Assembly (NCBI GenBank): GCA_964304625.1
Contig: OZ199838.1
Location: forward strand, 6,118,144-6,182,143
Reading direction: 5' to 3'
From: Kudoa neothunni
Taxonomy: Eukaryota > Animalia > Cnidaria
DNA length: 64,000 bases
Part shown: piece after piece, positions 57,212 through 64,000 of the stretch
How positions within the stretch are numbered: the stretch's first letter is position 1
Layout of the letters: every line of letters begins with the position of its first letter
The notes under the pieces: model-generated
Database searches by the model: none
Seen by the model: the letters and a program-made list of their open reading frames with translations, nothing else
What the model was told of the DNA's origin: nothing
Made by a program: the position numbers and the translations under genes

Positions 57212-59470
57212 GGCAAAATTATCTTGTCATTTCGGATTTAAACTCAGGTAAAAGGTGAATATATTTGAACACGTTTTAACACTATATTTATAAGTTTTGA
57301 TTTGTTAAAAATCACTTTATGCTATATGAAAATAAAACAAACACATGTATACATAATGATAAGAGTAAAGTCGTTCACCGAAGAATAAACAACCGTATGA
57401 TGTTATAAGGAGGTACGATTTATAAATAGAAATAGATTTTTAGCTTTAAATATACTAATTATTTTCAGATTAGCGGCGTATCGCTATATCATGCGTTTTA
57501 TATTTTAGGTCGAAATTACTCAATGTTTTGAATTGGCATGAGGTATAAAGTCCATTGAAGCAGGGGATTATTGTAACAAATTTTCTTTCAATAGATTTGG
57601 AAGTTAAAATTTTTATATATTTTATATTAAATCTAACGAAATTCTATAACTATGACATAATTTTTTGAAAAGTATGGAAAATCGGTTACCTAATGTGTAT
57701 ACTTACATCGGCTAACTAAAGTATTAGTGCATTTCTAGATTGTTTTTTGAAGGATTTGCCAGCTCATAAAATTTCTCATCCATGGAAAAATTGGCATTTG
57801 GAACTAGTGATTTATTAAACTTCATTGAGTTGATAAATTATAACTTTCCATTGATTTCTATATATACCACTAGTAATCTATGGTCCTTTCTTTACTTGAC
57901 GTTGCATACAAAATTTTTTTAAAAATGTTTAAATTAGTCCAGTTCTTAAAATGTCAGAAGAAGCGATGATATTTTTAAAATTTTATTCAACACAAGTATA
58001 ATTTTTCAAATTAATAACGTCCTCATCAATTTAATAATGTTTCAAGCCAAATATACAATCGATTCATTGGACCATTTGAATTCAGATGGTACAAAAATTT
58101 GAATTAACTTCAAGAAATTCATTCTGCACACTAATTTTATTAATCGTTAAAGTTTTTAAGTAAACATTAGCCTAATTATATTATTTTTTTACTGTTTAGC
58201 TAATCATTATATTTCTTCGTCAAATATATTTAAATACCTAGACACTAATTTCATTCTTTATTTCTAAATAAAATTTGGACTTTTTTAATTTTTTCGACCA
58301 AATTATCATATAAACACAAAATTAGTATAAATATGGCTTCAATAAAAACATACATACATAGTTTGCTTTAATTACCACTAAAAAATTGAAATGACCTCTT
58401 ATTTTTTGAATCATTCATGAATATAGGATGTGCACAAAAAATTCGAGCGAAATTTCAGCTAAATTTTGTCTGGTGCAAGGTAAATGTTCGTGAGCAAGAA
58501 TCTAGGGCTAATGCCCAATATCTGCGTCTGTTCTCGGGAATGTTCGACACACTTCGTACATTTTAGCGCAGTGGAATATTTTCAAGAAAATATTCATTTT
58601 TGATAACATTGATAATATTAAATTTCTCCCATATAACTTGTTTGGATAATGTTCTAAAGAATTGTTTAAAAAAACTTTCAACCACCTTGGTTGTTTAATA
58701 CGTATTTGAAGTGGTCTTGTGGTAGAAGTTAGGCAATATTATCAAGGAGTGACACCTAATGATGGATACCAAAATAAGTGTATAGTGTGTAAAAAACGTA
58801 CTTAAATCAGAATTTCAATCTTTTTTCGGATAATAAAAACTCTCTTAATGGAAATTGTTTCTATTTATCATCTATACCTAAAAGGAACCAAATATAATTT
58901 GATTATACCAAGTGAAATATTTAACCTTAAATCTATATATTATTATGGCGGTACCATGTCAGCGATAAGGGTGCACGGAGTTTATTGTATAATTGTGGCT
59001 GGTGGTTCTCTCGCGCTACAATTATCTACTACTTATGAGTCGAAAAAATCATATGGGATTTTATGGTCATGAAATCCGAAATTCCATAAACGAACATTTA
59101 GAAGAAGTATTTGATTATACGTTTGATTTTTTTGTCAGAAAAAAATATTGTGAACTAAAGTAAGGAACATCATTTAGTCTAATAATGAAGTTATGGCCGT
59201 TTTTAATAATTAAATTCCGACTTTTGTCGATTGTGTTTATTTCGGCCCGAGCGCAGACACAATGGAAATAAGTCCGTTTCTACATGTAAAGACGAAAAAA
59301 AATTAGCGTATTATTTTGGCTTTAGAAAATTATTACGTCGATTTTTGTGACATAAATTTTGTTTTACTGAAATATAATATGGATATTTGTATTTAATAAA
59401 AATCTATAATTGATAGATTAAAAAACTATTGACCATATAATAAAAAATTTAAATTCTATAATAAATAATA

Positions 59471-61741
59471 TTATATTTTCACTGCATTGTTTCCTAATAA
59501 AGTCTGACATTGAGCTAATTTCGCATCACAAACCCCAAAGATCTAATATATAGAATAGGCTTTATTCAGAGAGTAAACATCATCGATGTTCTTACAGATG
59601 AATTAATATTCATTAAGCTGAAGTAATATGACTTCTAAACGATGTTTTTCAGTTTATCTGAATATTGCTTGTATAAGATATGGACCAAGTATATTATATA
59701 ATAAACACATAGGGAAATCAATGGTTAAATATTCATTTCAAATAAATTTACGACAATAAATGAAATTTAAGGAAATATTATGTGTTATAACGGTTGCATT
59801 TAATAAAAAATTCGAAGCTTTCTCCTAAAATCTAATTAACACTTATCAATCTATTAGTAAAAATAAGTCATCACTCTTAGCATATGTGTTGACAGGATGG
59901 TTTTTAATTTTTGGACTCAGATCTTTAACGATCAACCCGAAAAAATGCTTTGGTTGCAGGGATAGAACGAAAAATTGCTGCTGATTCTAAAAAAATGTAA
60001 AAAATGCAAATTGAATTCCTCTTACTTTATCGCCATAAAACATAATTTTTTCACTATAGCCACTAGCTATTATGCTAATGCACAAATCATTGAACACACT
60101 TGAATTATTTTCATAAATACTTAAATATCGTCAATCAATTTAGCAAGCAATATCTTGTAACCTGATTAATAACAAAGAAAGGTCTTAGACAAGATTCGGA
60201 TTGTAGTTGAACGTCACTCAATTGAGAATTCATTAGATTTGTGTTTTTGCCACTGCTATAAATATTGTTATTATGACAGATATTAGAAGTTAAAATTATG
60301 TTAAAAAATTATTTTGATATGCTACGTTTTAATAACATTAAAATTTTCCTCAGAAGACACTCGTCCAGCGACTAGAAAAACACATGTAAGTACTTGATAT
60401 TCCTTACATATCTTGAAAAGCCTATCAAAAAATATAATCAAGAATAAACTAATCTATAAAAATATGTAAAGTCATTCGAAGTACTGATTGACGTGGTCAT
60501 CAGTAAATGGGCTCGTTATATAGCTGCTGTCGTTATTTACATAACGCATAATTTTTCGTTTGTTGTTATCGGTTTGAGCATGAACTGAAATAGAAATCTT
60601 GACTTTTGCCAGTCGGTTTCTCCTCGCTTATGTTGTATTTTGAAAGTGAATCATAGTAATAGAGATAAAACTAATTTTGTTACATTCACTAAAGAAACCT
60701 AATCATCACAATATCACTTTACAAAGAAGACGATATTCCAGTAGATAGAAATAGTTGTACAGCTTGATGTTATACTTTGAGTTAGAACTGGACCATATTT
60801 TTCGTTTGAGTGAGGAAAGAACGTTTAATTTTTCAGACAGAGTTCTCTATTGGAAATATTTTCTAATTACAATGCGAATTAACGACAAATAATTACTAAT
60901 AGGAAGAAACCGGAACGGTCACTTTCATAACCGAAAACATTTTTATATGATTCTAAGCGGTTCTCCAACTCTATAATTCCCAGAAAAGAATTGGTGTAGT
61001 TTAAAATCTTCAATTTCATTGTAGAATTTAATAATCCTTTTCAAACATCGATCTCTCTTCTGCCATTGCAAATTTAAATGATCCATAGAATAGTGGAAAT
61101 GACAGCAATAACGCTTACATTAAAAGGTCGAATACTGGGCTTAAAAATGTCTCTTTTAAAACTTTTTTAACTCTAAAAGTGCATATTTTTGTTTTAAGGT
61201 ATTTTTAGAGCTAATTTTATTATAAAACACTACGTAAGTTTCAAACTTTTCAAGATGGACAGCACATTTGAAAGGGTTTTTTCAAATAACGAAAATTCTT
61301 CCGGGCATCTCTAACAGTGTTCTATATCTGCAGAATGTTTACGTTTTGGGATAGATGATAAAAGAATTTAATAATTTAGCACGCTAAGCATATCAACTCT
61401 AGCCTTCAAATAAGTGGATATGATAGTATTCCTCTTATCGTTAATAACACAGCGATCAAATATTTGTTGAATATTTTTAAACTATGCCGTTTTTAAAAAA
61501 ATTTCAATAAACAATAACGATCAATAATACATCTATAGCTGGAGGATATCTTTCTCTGATTTCAAAATTTAGATTGTACTTTTCAATTATGATAATTTGA
61601 GAGATGAGTTGCTGCAATTCAGACTTCAAATTTGAAAATTAAAACAACCTTAGCTGCTATGGTTACATCCGAATGATATAGCTTTAGTTGCTCAGTCAGC
61701 TCTTGTTTGATGTAATCCAGAATCCTCGAAAGATCTTGCAT
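59471..61741 (-). CDS. Putative orphan multi-exon gene, predicted alpha-helical protein
   Basis: Phase-compatible GT-AG exon chain MQDLSRILDYIKQELTEQLK..|YNLNFEIRERYPPAID|FKNIQQIFDRC..STYLKARVDMLS|RCPEEFSLFEKTL..|VKKVLKETFLSPVFDLL, with a probable last exon IFGVCDAKLAQCQTLLGNNAVKI*. The 3' half of the model is uncertain. Confidence 0.5.
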
Positions 61742-61825
61742 GTTTGAGCTTTTAAGTCTTTAATGCAGGCGCATGCTTATTATGAAGTTTAATAAATTTT
61801 TATTTTGAATAAATAAATTTATTAA

Positions 61826-62530
61826 CCCTCTAACCGACTTGGGGTGTATTACACTCGAAAGCACTTTTATTCTGGCCATAAAATCTCGGGCATTTTCCAA
61901 ATCTTTTGTAAGTTAGACTATTCTCCTAAGTTTGTCAATTCTAACATTTATTAAAATTTAACGAAAAAAAAATAATTGGATCACCCCCCAAAAAAATCAA
62001 TTTCCAGCCAACTTGGGGTAAATATCATTCCAGACTTTCTTGCTTAAATTTACTTTAAAAATTATTTGAATTTGATGTAAAAATTATGAAAAAATTTTAT
62101 TGTAACAATTTTGAGAAAAATCGAAATTACTGCACCAAGTAATCCACTTCGGCTTATTTCGATGACAGTGTGTATTCCCGGTGAAAACCATGGTGGATAT
62201 AACTCGCCTTTCCGCGGACATAATAGCCTTGTTTTTTTAATTAAACAAATTCCAGCTCAATAATATGTATGATTAATTTTTTTTATTTTGATTTTAACTA
62301 AACATTAATATGATAATTCAGTTCTGATTATAAATATGCCTCAAATAATAGAAAGGGGCTTCCTCGAATAACATTTAGTACGCAAACAAGTTCCCGGAGA
62401 TAAATTACAATGAGTGATCTTGATGAATTTTTTGATGATCTGTCTTCTAACAATCAATTGGATGATTGTTTGTTAGAACCATCGGACTATGTTAAATTAA
62501 ATGCGGACATAGAAACACGTTCTACTAAAC
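61826..62530 (+). mobile_element. piggyBac 5' end with transposase N-terminus, interrupted
   Basis: TTAA|CCCTCTAACCGACTTGGGGT with a second copy CCAACTTGGGGT at ~62007; acidic ORF start MSDLDEFFDDLSSNN at 62410. Confidence 0.7.
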
Positions 62531-62534
62531 TCTG

Positions 62535-64000
62535 TTTTTTTAATCCATATAGGGACCTATTTAGATACCAAGTTAGATATTTTCCATTCTTTCCATGAGT
62601 CGTATATCCCTCAGGTTGTTTGACCTATATTACGACATCAATAGGAGCGTTAAGATATGCGGTACTAAAATCAAGTTGATGAATAAACTTTTTCTCAATA
62701 GCTGCCTCTTGGATGAGTAATCGAAGTGTTGTCGTTGATGTAGTTGGAGAATACGTTTCGTTATAGTCTATTCCTTGTATTTGGGAGTAGCCGCAAGCTA
62801 CGTACCTCGCTTTATATTTTGGAGTACCATCGTCGTTCTTTTTAATGGTATACACCCACTTACCTTTAACTTCATTCTCCTCCTTTGGTACAGCAGTCAG
62901 ATTAAACACGTTGTTAAGTTTCAAAGATTCAATTTCGGAATCCATTGCCGAAATCCAATTCTGTTTGTTAGGGGAGTTGATCTCTTCATTGTAGGACTGA
63001 GGAACATTGGTGTCTTCAACGGCACAGACAAAGTCGTTAAGATATTGCTGTCGTTTCTTTGTACGTTTTGACCTTCTGAGATTATTAGTTGAAATAATAT
63101 CACTGAACTCGTCTATCATCACGTCATTTGGTTCGTTTTCTCCAGGTTTCGGTGTATCTTCTTCGGAATTCATCAAATCAGGACAACTGTCACCGTCGTC
63201 ATCATTGTCAGTGAAGCACGTATAATTAGTAGCATAGTTTTCATACAATATATATTGTAGTGGATCCTTTTGTTTGGGGAATATGACATTCCTTGAAATT
63301 AACGTTCTACCATTGACATAAACAAGATAACCACCAGACTTTTCATCAATTCCCAGAAATTGTCCGAGCTCAGCTCTGGATTCAAGCTTTAACAAGTGTC
63401 CTTCTTTCCAAATGTAACAGTCCGAACCAAATTTCTCACATTTTACTATATTGGGTTTAAGTTTCGTGAAAAGTTCATATGGGGTTTTAGTTTTATCTTT
63501 CTTTGGTATTCGGTTTCTAATATAAGTGGCGTACTGTACTGCAGCTTCCCAATACTCCTTTATCACCACACTGTCTTGGAGCAAACATCGAGCTGTTTCT
63601 AACAATGTCCTCCAATTTCACTCCACTTTTCCGTTTTGGTGCGGGGAATATGGGCATGTAAATGATAGCTTTACTTTATTGGCAAAGCATATATCAGTGA
63701 ATTGTTTAGCTTTAAATTCTCCTCCATTATCGCAATGGAGTTCTATCAGTTTACCAAATGCAGACGTATTGGCCAGATATTGTAACAAGCCTTGATATGC
63801 CTCACCTTCGGATTTTAAGAAGTATGAGACCATGAAACTCGAATATTCGTCCATGAAATTCATAATGTACACGTTCCCTTTGTAACTTGGAGGGTTTATT
63901 GGACCACATAAATCAGTATATATCATACGTAGAGGTTCCTTTATATCACGTAAGTTGTTTTGGGATTTTACAGGCTTGTGAGTTGATTTCTGCTGATTGC
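62535..64000 (-). mobile_element. Ty1/copia LTR retrotransposon pol fragment (integrase then RT), inactivated and 3'-truncated
   Basis: Integrase YTDLCGP..MDEYS..DNGGEF..PHQNGKVE*NWR, followed by RT KWVYTIK..YKARYVACGYSQIQGIDY.ETYSPT..HQLDFSTAYLNA..VI*VKQPEG..SLYGLK. The IN-before-RT order is diagnostic of copia. Confidence 0.95.

Noticed and set aside
58333-59350. Possible + strand small-exon gene (MASIKTYIH..)
   Set aside because: Only the first few exons can be chained and there is no recognisable motif; insufficient support without RNA data.
62625-63620. In-frame TAG (expected Tyr) and TGA (expected Arg) in copia pol as stop-codon reassignment or readthrough
   Set aside because: Each is a single-base change in a truncated dead element. 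TAG terminates the FN3-like gene normally, and host genes splice without internal stops.

Overview
AT-rich eukaryotic (animal) genomic DNA with short GT-AG introns (mostly ~26-100 nt) and highly divergent proteins. Slingshot plus PH-domain dynamins indicate a holozoan; AT-richness, divergence and tiny introns suggest a myxozoan cnidarian parasite (inference, not proven). Host genes: a slingshot cofilin phosphatase (~3.5-6.0 kb, +), an orphan Cys-rich FN3-like type I membrane protein (15.9-18.8 kb, -), an intronless FIT/FITM2 gene (25.1-25.9 kb, +), two tandem classical dynamins (30.5-41.0 and 48.1-56.0 kb, +), a small multi-pass membrane gene (56.1-57.2 kb, -) and a probable orphan multi-exon gene (59.5-61.7 kb, -). 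The rest is mostly decayed mobile DNA: about ten piggyBac elements or ends (TTAA TSD), several hAT elements (8-bp TSD), two TA-flanked pogo/Tc1-type elements, a tRNA-headed structured SINE and a truncated Ty1/copia. Most notable: (1) two related piggyBacs with the same asymmetric termini but oppositely oriented transposase cores between subterminal inverted repeats (possible invertible core); (2) an ~835-bp near-identical tract starting at the ATG of otherwise diverged dynamin paralogues; (3) ~690-bp near-identical direct repeats bracketing the surface-protein gene; (4) a highly structured SINE. All alignments and gene models were made by eye; no database searches were run.
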